From the NCBI GenBank assembly GCA_014190575.1, contig BJGQ01000014.1, forward strand, positions 1,303 to 65,302: a stretch of 64,000 nt of DNA, written 5' to 3'. Of this stretch, positions 36,571 through 45,929 are shown one piece after another (the first letter of the stretch is position 1; each line of letters starts with the position of its first letter). The notes below the pieces were generated by a model. That model was not told where the DNA came from. It searched no databases and saw only the letters and a program-made list of their open reading frames with translations. Source of the stretch: Bacteroidota bacterium. GTDB taxonomy: Bacteria; Bacteroidota; Bacteroidia; Chitinophagales; UBA10324. The position numbers and the translations under genes are program-made.

Positions 36571-37727
36571 TGATTAATCGCTCTTCACTCCCATCCTTAC
36601 TGAAACTGATAAAAGATTTTCCATCAGTGGCATTGTTGGGTCCGCGACAGGTGGGTAAAACCACACTGGCAAAAGCCATAATCAAAACATCCAAACGCGA
36701 CTCGGTTTATTTAGACCTTGAAGACCACGATGATTTTAATGCACTCGCTAATCCGAAATTGTTCTTCACCCAAAACAGAAATAAACTGATTGTGATTGAT
36801 GAGGTGCAACGCAAGCCGGAATTATTTCCTGCGCTCCGCTCCGAAATTGATGCACACCGGAAACCATCTCGGTTTTTATTGCTCGGTTCTGCCAGCGTTG
36901 ATTTATTAAAGCAAAGTTCTGAATCACTTGCCGGTCGGATTATTTATAAGGAACTGTCGCCGCTTTCTTTCAACGAGGTGAAGGATAAATATTCTATGGA
37001 AAGGCACTGGCTTCGTGGCGGTTTCCCTGAAGCAGTAGCTGCGCGCAATGCTGAACTGTGGCGCTTGTGGCAGCAATCGTTTGTGCGCACTTACATTGAG
37101 CGCGACCTGCCCATGCTCGGACTCAGCGCATCGCCCCATGATGTGAACCGACTGTTACACATGCTCGCTTACAACAACGGTCAGGTGCTGAATAAAAGCG
37201 AGTATGCGAAAACACTTTCGCTGTCGGTTCCAACCATCAGCATGATGATTGATTATCTGAGCAATGCTTTTTTAGTGCGATTGTTACAGCCGTTTTCAAC
37301 CAATGCTAAAAAGAGAATTATAAAAACACCGCGATTGTACTTGCGCGACAGCGGCATGCTGCACTTTCTGCTGAATGTAAAAGATGCAAACAGTTTACTT
37401 AAAAATCCGAAAGCAGGTTTTTCGTGGGAAGGATATGTGATTGAACAGGTGATAGAAAAAACCGGCGACGACCGCGATTACTATTACTACCGCACACAAG
37501 ACGGAACCGAAGCCGACCTCGTGATTTGCAGTCATCATACGCCCGAAATAATTGTGGAAGCAAAAATGAGTTCATCGCCTTCCATCTCTAAAAGTTTATT
37601 CAACAGCATGGAAGATTTGAAAGTGAAGAAAGGATTTATTGTTATTCCCGGTTCCGGAATTTCTTTTCCCCTGAGTAAAAATGTACAGGTGAATTCGCTG
37701 GATGTTTTTCTTGAAAAGAAAATCTGA
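36570..37727 (+). CDS. AAA+ ATPase, AAA_14 + DUF4143 architecture
   Basis: Walker A GPRQVGKTTLAK, Walker B LIVIDEVQ, and a C-terminal DUF4143-like region (YLRDSGMLHFLL, restriction-endonuclease-like tail EADLVI...EAK). I prefer the ATG at 36570; the track starts at a TTG at 36561. Confidence 0.8.
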   Translation: MINRSSLPSLLKLIKDFPSVALLGPRQVGKTTLAKAIIKTSKRDSVYLDLEDHDDFNALANPKLFFTQNRNKLIVIDEVQRKPELFPALRSEIDAHRKPSRFLLLGSASVDLLKQSSESLAGRIIYKELSPLSFNEVKDKYSMERHWLRGGFPEAVAARNAELWRLWQQSFVRTYIERDLPMLGLSASPHDVNRLLHMLAYNNGQVLNKSEYAKTLSLSVPTISMMIDYLSNAFLVRLLQPFSTNAKKRIIKTPRLYLRDSGMLHFLLNVKDANSLLKNPKAGFSWEGYVIEQVIEKTGDDRDYYYYRTQDGTEADLVICSHHTPEIIVEAKMSSSPSISKSLFNSMEDLKVKKGFIVIPGSGISFPLSKNVQVNSLDVFLEKKI

Positions 37728-37736
37728 TTTTTTTCT

Positions 37737-37775
37737 ACCCTGCAATCTTAAAATTAAATTTTAAAATTGCAGGGT
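37737..37775. repeat. palindromic element copy B (ACCCTGCAAT-N19-ATTGCAGGGT)
   Basis: It has the same arms and orientation as copy A. It lies 10 nt after the ATPase stop and 25 nt after the convergent mutase stop, so it may act as a bidirectional terminator. Confidence 0.85.
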
Positions 37776-37799
37776 TGTTTATTTCAGCAAATCAGTATT

Positions 37800-39368
37800 C
37801 TATCCCTTATATTCTCCAAATACATTCCGCAGCGCATCCGCAATCTCGCCGAGTGTTGCATAATTTTCTACGGCTTCAATCACTGTCGGCATTAAGTTCT
37901 CCTCTCCTTTTGCTTTTGTTTCGAGTGCTGCAAGAATCGAATTCACTTTTGCATTGTCTCTTCGCGCCCGTAATGATTTTAACTTTTCGGATTGATGTGT
38001 ACGAATAGATTCATCTACACGAAAAACATTTTCAGGTGGTTTTTCATCAGCCAAAAATTTATTCAAGCCAACAATAATTTTTTCTCCGCTTTCAATTTTG
38101 CGTTGGTACTGATACGATGAGCGCGCAATTTCTTCCTGCATGTATCCTTGTTCAATTGCTGCAACTGAGCCGCCCATTGCATCAATCTTGTGAATGTATT
38201 CCCATGCTTTTTTTTCTACTTCATCAGTCAGCGCTTCAACAAAATAAGAACCACCAAGCGGGTCAACTGTTTCGCTCACTCCGCTTTCGTGCGCAATAAT
38301 CTGTTGTGTTTTTAATGCAATTCCGGCAGCTTGTTCGGTTGGTAGTGAAAGTGCTTCATCAAAACCATTGGTGTGTAGCGATTGTGTTCCGCCGAGAACA
38401 GCAGAAAGTGCCTGAAGTGTTACACGAGTGATATTATTCATTGGCTGTTGCGCTGTCAATGTGCTTCCACCTGTTTGTGTGTGAAAGCGGCACATCATGG
38501 CGCGCTCATCTGTGGCGCCCATCTCTTTTGTTATCTGCGCCCACATTCTTCGTGCTGCGCGAAACTTCGCCACCTCTTCAAATAAATTATTATGTGCGTT
38601 GAAGAAAAAAGAAATCCGTTTTGCAAAAACATTTATATCAAGTCCGCGGTCAATCGCTGCTTTTAAATATGCTTTACCATTGGCGAGTGTGAATGCTAAT
38701 TCCTGAACTGCATCGCTACCGGCTTCGCGAATGTGATAACCACTTACCGAAATGGTATTCCACGCCGGAACTTCACGACTGCAATAATCAAAAATATCAG
38801 TAATCAATCGCATGGAAGGTTTCGGCGGATAGATATAAGTGCCACGCGCCGCATACTCTTTCAGAATATCATTTTGTACCGTGCCCGATAATTTTTTTAC
38901 ATCGGCTCCCTGCTTTTTTGCTAATGCTATATATAATGCCAGCAAAATAAATGCAGTGGCATTAATGGTCATTGATGTAGAAATTTTATCGAGCGGAATT
39001 CCTTTGAAAAGAATTTCCATGTCTTCGAGTGAATCAATGGCAACTCCAACTTTTCCTACTTCACCTTCTGACATTGCGTGGTCGCTGTCATATCCAATCT
39101 GAGTGGGCAAATCAAATGCAACCGATAATCCGCTGGTGCCCTGACTTAATAAATAATGATAGCGCTTGTTCGATTCTTCAGCTGTAGAAAATCCTGCATA
39201 CTGTCGCATCGTCCACAACTTATCGCGATACATCGAAGGATGAACTCCGCGTGTGAATGGAAATCCTCCCGGCAATTCTTCATTATGGCTTGAAGAATTT
39301 TTATACAATGGTTTTATTTCAATACCACTGTCAGTTTCAAATTTTTTTTCAGGAGATTTTTCTTTCAT
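37800..39368 (-). CDS. methylmalonyl-CoA mutase family, catalytic (TIM-barrel) subunit without a B12-binding domain
   Basis: [40 protein letters not shown] and [14 protein letters not shown]. At 522 aa it stops before the cobalamin-binding domain. Confidence 0.9.
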   Translation of the reverse strand: MKEKSPEKKFETDSGIEIKPLYKNSSSHNEELPGGFPFTRGVHPSMYRDKLWTMRQYAGFSTAEESNKRYHYLLSQGTSGLSVAFDLPTQIGYDSDHAMSEGEVGKVGVAIDSLEDMEILFKGIPLDKISTSMTINATAFILLALYIALAKKQGADVKKLSGTVQNDILKEYAARGTYIYPPKPSMRLITDIFDYCSREVPAWNTISVSGYHIREAGSDAVQELAFTLANGKAYLKAAIDRGLDINVFAKRISFFFNAHNNLFEEVAKFRAARRMWAQITKEMGATDERAMMCRFHTQTGGSTLTAQQPMNNITRVTLQALSAVLGGTQSLHTNGFDEALSLPTEQAAGIALKTQQIIAHESGVSETVDPLGGSYFVEALTDEVEKKAWEYIHKIDAMGGSVAAIEQGYMQEEIARSSYQYQRKIESGEKIIVGLNKFLADEKPPENVFRVDESIRTHQSEKLKSLRARRDNAKVNSILAALETKAKGEENLMPTVIEAVENYATLGEIADALRNVFGEYKG

Positions 39369-39443
39369 AAAATAATTTACCGCAGAGGTGCAAAGACGCA
39401 GAGGGATTTCATCATCAAATTATCAAATTTCCAAATCATCAAA

Positions 39444-39974
39444 TCAGTATATCTTCTTCACTTCATTCTTCAAAGTATCCAATGCTTTTTGCGTGGGCAT
39501 TGCCTGTTCGTTGTTAATGAAGTATTCTAAAATTCTTCGACTCAAATCTTTTCCCGATGCACTCTCCGGCAAATCAACTGCGCAACGATTAATAATGCTG
39601 ACGATTTCTTCCTTCACCTGCACAATCTGATTCCAGGTTGGCGCGCTCACATAAATCTGTTGCGCGAGATTGTGTTCGAACTCCAAACGAATATTGCTGA
39701 TGAGTGCGAGTTGCATATCGCGCGAATCCATTCCGGGTTTAACCACATGATGAATTAAACTATTTGGCGAAATGCGTTCGAGAAATAATGCCAATCGTTC
39801 ATACGCCTGCAAACGAATTGGAAGCGCTGCTTTAAAATTATCAATACGAACTTCCAATTGTTTTTTCTCTAGGTCTGACTGCAAAAAAGATTTCAGAATA
39901 AAGTAAGCCGTAAGAAAAGTGATAAGCGATGGAATTGTGAATTTTAAAATTTCAAGAAAAACTGTCCAAGCCAT
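39444..39974 (-). CDS. hypothetical membrane-anchored protein (176 aa)
   Basis: One N-terminal hydrophobic helix (FTIPSLITFLTAYFIL) and a helical soluble part. No recognisable motif. Confidence 0.5.
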   Translation of the reverse strand: MAWTVFLEILKFTIPSLITFLTAYFILKSFLQSDLEKKQLEVRIDNFKAALPIRLQAYERLALFLERISPNSLIHHVVKPGMDSRDMQLALISNIRLEFEHNLAQQIYVSAPTWNQIVQVKEEIVSIINRCAVDLPESASGKDLSRRILEYFINNEQAMPTQKALDTLKNEVKKIY

Positions 39975-40155
39975 TTGTATTTTTTTATTGAGGCGAAAGT
40001 AGATGAAAGAGAAATGAAAAGTGAAACCAAAAAATGAAATAATTATTTTATCATAAATTATTCACATAAAACTTTTAAATATCAATTGCAACATATTTTG
40101 TTTGAAAATGTAAGAGGCCTCAAGGCTCCTGAAAATCACCAAAAACAGGGAAAAA

Positions 40156-40647
40156 ATGAGAATCCTCTACACATCAATTGCACTACTTTTTATCTTTAAT
40201 TTAATAACAAGCGCGCAAAGTATTTCACCGCAGGTTTTCGGTTCGGCTGGAAATTATTATGCTGTTGCCGGAAACTCTTTATCATTTACAATTGGCGAAA
40301 GTTTAACAACAACTCTTACAAATTCCAATTCCAAAATCACACAAGGATTTCAGCAACCTTCGTACACTGCAACAGCAATTACTGAAGTTGAAAATCCAAT
40401 TTATGATTTAAGTATCTATCCGAATCCGGCGAGCAATGTGATTACAATTTTGAATAACGGAATTAGTTTTTCGAACAACACACAATTATTTCTTATTGAT
40501 GTATTGGGAAGAAGATTGATTGAACAACAACTCAACAACAAACAAACATTAATTGACCTGCAGCAAGTCGCAGCCGGCACTTACTTTATTGTGATTGAAG
40601 AAAACGGTCACGATTCATTCACGCACAAAATCACCAAAGTCCAATAA
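40156..40647 (+). CDS. small secreted protein with T9SS C-terminal sorting domain
   Basis: Signal peptide ..ITSAQ, a ~60-aa N-domain, then LSIYPNPASNVITIL...GTYFIVIE. Confidence 0.65.
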   Translation: MRILYTSIALLFIFNLITSAQSISPQVFGSAGNYYAVAGNSLSFTIGESLTTTLTNSNSKITQGFQQPSYTATAITEVENPIYDLSIYPNPASNVITILNNGISFSNNTQLFLIDVLGRRLIEQQLNNKQTLIDLQQVAAGTYFIVIEENGHDSFTHKITKVQ

Positions 40648-40664
40648 TTATAAATAAACAAAAC

Positions 40665-43600
40665 ATGAAAACGCTCATTGCTAATATTGAATCCATTCTT
40701 TTTCGAAAGATTGGATTATTTGCAATCACACTTTTAGTGAGTTTGCAATTTGCATTTGCACAGGTACCTCAGCGATTCAACTACCAGGGAGTTGCAAGAG
40801 ATGCTTCAGGAAATGTGCTCTCCTCACACATTATAACATTGCGGGTATCCGTATTGAATGGTGGTGCAACCGGAACTTCTGTTTATCAGGAAACCCACAG
40901 TGTGGTTACCAATCAATTTGGTTTGTTCACCGTACAAATTGGTGGTGGAACAGTTTTATCTGGAACATTTGCGGGTGTACCCTGGACATTGGGAAATCAA
41001 TGGGTGAAAATTGAAATGGACTCAAACGGCGGAAGCAGTTATTCAGATATGGGTACAACACAATTGCTAAGTGTTCCTTATGCAATAGTTGCAGGAAAAA
41101 TTGGAGGCAACATGAATTTAGATGACATGGGCGATGTGGATGTTACAACTGCTGCATCTGGGCAAGTTTTAAAATTTAACGGAACAACTTGGATACCCGG
41201 AAATGACAACACAGGTTCAGGTGGAAGTGGTGGAACTTATTATTCCGGAACAGGAATTTCCATTTCCGGAACCAATGTGATTAATAATACCGGAGATATA
41301 AATGCATCAGATGATATAACCAACACTACAACGGCTAATGGAGATTTATCGGGTACTTATCCGAATCCTATAGTTGATGGAATTCAGAACAAACCAATTT
41401 CTTCAACAGCCCCAACAATTGGTCAGGTTTTAAAATTTGATGGAACGCAATGGAAACCTGATGTAGATATTACTGGTGGAGGTGGAACAACATATACTGC
41501 TGGAACAGGAATAAATATCGCAGGCACAGTTATCAGTACTTCATCAATGTTGGGTGATGTAACTGGAGGAATCACAGCAAACACACTTTCAAAAATTCAG
41601 GGCAAACCTGTTTCAGCATTATCACCAACAGTCGGACAGGTTTTAAAATATGATGGAACACAATGGGCTCCGGGAACTGATATACAGGCAGCAGGTGGTG
41701 CAACTTATTCAGCAGGCACTGGAATAACAATCAACGGTTCAAATGTTATAAGCATTTCAAATTTAGGGGGTGATGTAACAGGAACTTCAACTTCAAATTC
41801 AATAAGTAATTTACAGGGAAAACCTGTTGTTGCTGGTTCACCTTCATCGGGTGAAGTTTTAAAATACAACGGAACACAATGGGTGCCTTCAACTGATATA
41901 GTTGGAAGCGGAACAACTTACACAGCTGGAACAGGTATCACGATCAATGGTTCAAATGCAATATCAGTCAATGCACTTTCAGGTGATGTAACAGGAAATC
42001 CAAATGCAACTGTTGTTTCAAAAATTCAAACAGTGAGCGTAACGAATACAATTCCAACAACCGGACAAGTATTAAAATACAACGGCACATCATGGGCGCC
42101 AGGAACTGATAATAGCGGTGGAGCTGGGACATACACAGCCGGAACAGGAATAGATATTACAGGAACAGTTGTAAGTACCCAACCAATGGGTGGCGATGTT
42201 ACTGGAAATTTAGTTGCAAACACCGTTTCAAAAATTCAGAACTATTCAGTTTCGAACACAGCACCAACTAACGGTTATGTTTTAAAATGGAACGGTACTT
42301 CATGGTCACCAGCACCTGACCAAACAACAGGAAGCAGTACAAATCTCTGGATTCAATCAGGAAGCAATATTTACAATTTCAATGGAGGAAATGTTGGAAT
42401 TGGTACAACTACCCCGACTTCATTATTCGATGTTGAAAGTTCAACGGCAACTAATGTGCTTGCACAATTTCAAAACAGCAATGCCACTAACACAAGTAAT
42501 ACTGTAAATATTCTAAACAACGGAAATGGATATAACTTAAATGTAACAAAGACCGGACAAGGCGAAGCAGTTTATATAACAAAAAACAATACAGGTTCAG
42601 GTACAACTGCAATGGTTGTAACAAATAATGGCATCGGAAATACAATGGACGCATTTGCTACCGGAACAGGTTATGCAGGATATTTTAATGGCGGTTCAAG
42701 TTCATCGGGAGCACTATGGGCTAAAACCACAGGAGTACAATATGCAGGATTATTTGACGGAGATTTAGTTGGAGGTGGAATTAAAGCAATTGTGGGTGGT
42801 TCCGGTTATGCAGGATACTTCGGTGGAAAAACAAAAATTGATTTCAATTCAACAAATGCAAGTAGTCCACACCTTGCCATCTATGAGCAAACTGTTGGAG
42901 ATTGGGCACGGATAAATTTTTATAGTGGAGGAACAAATTACTGGAGCACCGCAGGATTGGTTGGAGCTGGTGCAATCTCTTCAAAATTCTCATTGAGTTT
43001 CAGTACAGTTGGAGATATTTTCACAGCTACTGGCGATGGAAATTTCGGTATAGGCACAAATACACCAACATATCGCTTGCATGTGAATGGTGATGCCGCC
43101 TATACTGGAAGCATGATGCGATTAGAAAATAATAATTCAACTAACAGCAACACAATGCTTGATATTTTTACACTTTCCAGTTCAATATTGGTGAACGGAA
43201 CAAAATCTGGTATTGGTTATGGAGTAAATATTCAAAAAACCGGAACACTTTCAAGTTCGGCTGCCATATATGCCCTAAACGCTGGAACGAATGGAGAAGG
43301 AATTCGTGGAGTAGTAGTTGGCAACGGAGGTTATGCTCTCTATGGCAATGCTGCAGGAAGTGGTGCGAATTCATATTATGGAGTATATGGTTATGGATCA
43401 GGAAGTGCAGGTGCTGATTATGGAATTTATGGAGTGCAAGGTGCTGGAGCAAACGATTGGGCAGGATACTTCAGCGGTAATGTTGGATATACAGGAATGT
43501 TATTGAGTACATCTGATATTAAGTTAAAACAAAATGTACAAAATTTTAGTGGCGCATTGACTCAGGTTATGCAAATGCAACCTAAAACTTATGAATACAA

Positions 43601-43886
43601 ACACAATGGCGATTACGAGCACATGAATCTTCCGCAAGGAGAACAAGTAGGTTTAATAGCTCAGGATTTGGAAAAAATTATTCCTTCACTCGTTCAGCCT
43701 GCAACATTTTCATATGTGGTAAAAGATGATTCTAAAGATGGTGAAGACGGTGCTGTAACCACCACACAAATTGATTACAAAGGAGTAAACTATATTGGTT
43801 TAATTCCGGTATTAATTGGCGCCATACAAGACCAACAAAAAGAAATTGATGAACTTAAATTACAGATAACCCAATTGAGTAAATAG
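40665..43886 (+). CDS. tail-fibre-like surface protein with C-terminal Peptidase_S74 (intramolecular chaperone) domain
   Basis: Signal peptide ..AFAQ. Six ~70-aa repeats each contain G(Q/E/Y)VLK(F/Y/W)(N/D)GT.W.P. A Gly-rich central region follows. The C-terminus reads LSTSDIKLKQNVQNF...GLIAQDLEKIIPSLV...IDYKGVNYIGLIPVLIGAIQDQQKEIDELK, typical of the endosialidase/tail-fibre chaperone domain. Confidence 0.75.
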   Translation: MKTLIANIESILFRKIGLFAITLLVSLQFAFAQVPQRFNYQGVARDASGNVLSSHIITLRVSVLNGGATGTSVYQETHSVVTNQFGLFTVQIGGGTVLSGTFAGVPWTLGNQWVKIEMDSNGGSSYSDMGTTQLLSVPYAIVAGKIGGNMNLDDMGDVDVTTAASGQVLKFNGTTWIPGNDNTGSGGSGGTYYSGTGISISGTNVINNTGDINASDDITNTTTANGDLSGTYPNPIVDGIQNKPISSTAPTIGQVLKFDGTQWKPDVDITGGGGTTYTAGTGINIAGTVISTSSMLGDVTGGITANTLSKIQGKPVSALSPTVGQVLKYDGTQWAPGTDIQAAGGATYSAGTGITINGSNVISISNLGGDVTGTSTSNSISNLQGKPVVAGSPSSGEVLKYNGTQWVPSTDIVGSGTTYTAGTGITINGSNAISVNALSGDVTGNPNATVVSKIQTVSVTNTIPTTGQVLKYNGTSWAPGTDNSGGAGTYTAGTGIDITGTVVSTQPMGGDVTGNLVANTVSKIQNYSVSNTAPTNGYVLKWNGTSWSPAPDQTTGSSTNLWIQSGSNIYNFNGGNVGIGTTTPTSLFDVESSTATNVLAQFQNSNATNTSNTVNILNNGNGYNLNVTKTGQGEAVYITKNNTGSGTTAMVVTNNGIGNTMDAFATGTGYAGYFNGGSSSSGALWAKTTGVQYAGLFDGDLVGGGIKAIVGGSGYAGYFGGKTKIDFNSTNASSPHLAIYEQTVGDWARINFYSGGTNYWSTAGLVGAGAISSKFSLSFSTVGDIFTATGDGNFGIGTNTPTYRLHVNGDAAYTGSMMRLENNNSTNSNTMLDIFTLSSSILVNGTKSGIGYGVNIQKTGTLSSSAAIYALNAGTNGEGIRGVVVGNGGYALYGNAAGSGANSYYGVYGYGSGSAGADYGIYGVQGAGANDWAGYFSGNVGYTGMLLSTSDIKLKQNVQNFSGALTQVMQMQPKTYEYKHNGDYEHMNLPQGEQVGLIAQDLEKIIPSLVQPATFSYVVKDDSKDGEDGAVTTTQIDYKGVNYIGLIPVLIGAIQDQQKEIDELKLQITQLSK
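41110..42330 (+). repeat. intragenic tandem repeats (6 x ~210 nt) in the tail-fibre-like gene
   Basis: The GxVLKxxGTxWxP core recurs at about 41162, 41423, 41633, 41852, 42062 and 42272. Confidence 0.8.
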
Positions 43887-43920
43887 ATTCCTAGCTTATG
43901 TTTTAGTTTTTGGTTTGGGG

Positions 43921-43957
43921 GAAAACCACTGCAATTTTTTGCGGTGGTTTTCTTTTT
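43921..43957 (+). terminator. Rho-independent terminator
   Basis: GAAAACCACTGCAA-TTT-TTGCGGTGGTTTTC (14-bp stem with one G.U pair) followed by TTTTT, 35 nt after the stop. Confidence 0.85.
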
Positions 43958-44115
43958 ATACTAATTCTTAAGTTTAGAAAGAATTCATTGAAATAAAAAG
44001 ATAAATGCATAATGATTTAGTATTAAAAGCTATAAAAAACCTGATTGAATATTGAAGGTTTTATAATCATTCAAATGTTGAACTTTAAATTCGAATCATC
44101 CATATTTGAACTCTC

Positions 44116-45447
44116 TTGAAACTCTTTAAGCAACTCTTTCTAACCAATCGTTTTTTTGTGGCTATGGCCGCCATGGTTGCTGCCTATGCCATCAGTTTTG
44201 CTTACCCGTTTTTATTTTATTTGTGTCATGCAGTTTTGGTTTTATTCATCACCGCTTTTATTGCAGATATTTTTTTACTCTTCAACTCGCAGGTAAAAAT
44301 TAAAGCATCGCGCAAAGTGCAGCCTGTGCTTTCGCTTGGCGAAGTGCAGCATGTGGAATTGCATATAGAAAATCAATCGCCTATGAAAATGCGCGCAAGA
44401 GTGATTGATGAATTGCCGGAGCAACTGCAGGAACGGAATTTTCATTTGCATTTAATCTTAGAAGAAAATGAAAAGAAAAAAATTCAATACGATGTGCGGC
44501 CACTTTCTCGTGGTGAATATTTATTCGGAAACATCAATGTGTTTTTGCAATCCATTTTAAGTTTGGTTGAACGAAGAATTATTGTTGAATGTGAATCGTC
44601 AACCGCCGTTTTTCCGAACATCATTCAGATGAAAAAATTTGAGTTGATGGCTTTCTCTCGTCTCAATACTTTCCAGGGATTGCGAAGACTGCGCCGCCTT
44701 GGTCACAGTTATGAGTTTGAGCAGATAAAAGAATATGTGCAGGGCGATGATTACCGAAGCATTAACTGGAAGGCCACAAGCCGAAAAGCCGATCTGATGG
44801 TGAATCAGTTTGAAGATGAGCGAGCGCAACAAGTTTACTGCATGATTGATAAAGGCAGAGCGATGCACATGCCATTCAACGATTTGAGTTTGCTTGATCA
44901 TGCAATAAATACTTCGCTCGTGATTTTAAATATTGCTTTGCGCAAGCACGACAAAGTAGGACTTGTTTCGTTTGCAGATAAGTGCGATGTGTTTGTGAAA
45001 GCTGAAAAAGGCGGATACCAATTGCGAAAAATTATGGAACAATTGTATCGTGAACAAGAAAGAATGTTCGAAGCAAATTTTGAAAACCTGTATTCGATAA
45101 TTCGAAGTGCCATTACACAACGGAGTTTGCTGTTTCTCTTCACCAACTTCGAAAGTTATTATGCAATGGAACGAGTGATGCCTTTATTGCGTCGTATGAA
45201 TCTGCGACACTTGTTAGTAGTAGTGTTTTTTGAGAATACAGAAATTGAAGATTACTCCAAACAGAAAGCAAATTCATTAGAAGAAATTTATAATCACACC
45301 ATCGCACAAAAATTTTCAGCGGAGAAACTACAGATTGTTCAGCAACTGACTTTTTATGGCATTCAAAGTATTCTCACCCGGCCGGAAGAATTGGCACTCA
45401 ACACAGTCAATAAATATTTAGAGTTGAAATCCCGTGGACTGATTTAG
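44116..45447 (+). CDS. DUF58 domain protein (vWA-like, MoxR-associated family)
   Basis: Two N-terminal transmembrane helices. The DUF58 signature is YVQGDDYRSINWKATSRKADLMV. TTG start. Confidence 0.8.
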   Translation: MKLFKQLFLTNRFFVAMAAMVAAYAISFAYPFLFYLCHAVLVLFITAFIADIFLLFNSQVKIKASRKVQPVLSLGEVQHVELHIENQSPMKMRARVIDELPEQLQERNFHLHLILEENEKKKIQYDVRPLSRGEYLFGNINVFLQSILSLVERRIIVECESSTAVFPNIIQMKKFELMAFSRLNTFQGLRRLRRLGHSYEFEQIKEYVQGDDYRSINWKATSRKADLMVNQFEDERAQQVYCMIDKGRAMHMPFNDLSLLDHAINTSLVILNIALRKHDKVGLVSFADKCDVFVKAEKGGYQLRKIMEQLYREQERMFEANFENLYSIIRSAITQRSLLFLFTNFESYYAMERVMPLLRRMNLRHLLVVVFFENTEIEDYSKQKANSLEEIYNHTIAQKFSAEKLQIVQQLTFYGIQSILTRPEELALNTVNKYLELKSRGLI

Positions 45448-45881
45448 TTTTTATATATTACAAAAGTCTTAGCCAACTTATCATGCAATGCCTGATGCCG
45501 CGAATCGAATGCAGCCATGATGTATCCGATTAATAAAATGATGGAAGAAACAAATTTTGCAAAATATCTTCCGGTTGCATTCATAAATGAAATCCGTTCG
45601 CCTTGTTCGCTTACAACCATAATTCCTACAGTGATTTTGCCAAAGCTTCCCATGTTGCTCGAACTTTCCATTCCGGCAAAGTAGAGCCAGCCGACTAACA
45701 ATGAAATCGGATTGGTTGCAAAAGACGAATAGGAATAGCCATTTAAAAATACTAATGCAAATAATGATGATGCAATGCTGATGATAACTACATCAATGAA
45801 TATTGCTGCAAAGCGAGTCCAGAAATTTGAGTATCTGAAATTCAGTATTCTGTTTTCGGGTAAGTCGAGAATTGTTTCCAA
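45444..45881 (-). CDS. RDD family membrane protein
   Basis: FWTRFAAIFIDVVII...GRYFAKF...RHQALHDKLAKTFV. Convergent 4-bp overlap with the DUF58 gene. Confidence 0.75.
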   Translation of the reverse strand: METILDLPENRILNFRYSNFWTRFAAIFIDVVIISIASSLFALVFLNGYSYSSFATNPISLLVGWLYFAGMESSSNMGSFGKITVGIMVVSEQGERISFMNATGRYFAKFVSSIILLIGYIMAAFDSRHQALHDKLAKTFVIYKN

Positions 45882-45929
45882 AAATTTATTTCTCAGTGTT
45901 TCTCTATGCTCTATGTGTCTCCGTGGTTA

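Noticed and set aside
37775-38008. 77-aa plus-strand ORF starting in palindrome copy B, and other short ORFs in 38117..39102.
   Set aside because: They lie antisense within the well-supported methylmalonyl-CoA mutase gene.
40665-43886. Prophage or phage remnant inferred from the tail-fibre-like gene.
   Set aside because: There are no other phage hallmark genes, integrase or att-like repeats nearby. The gene has a Sec signal peptide and housekeeping neighbours, so I treated it as a cellular surface protein.
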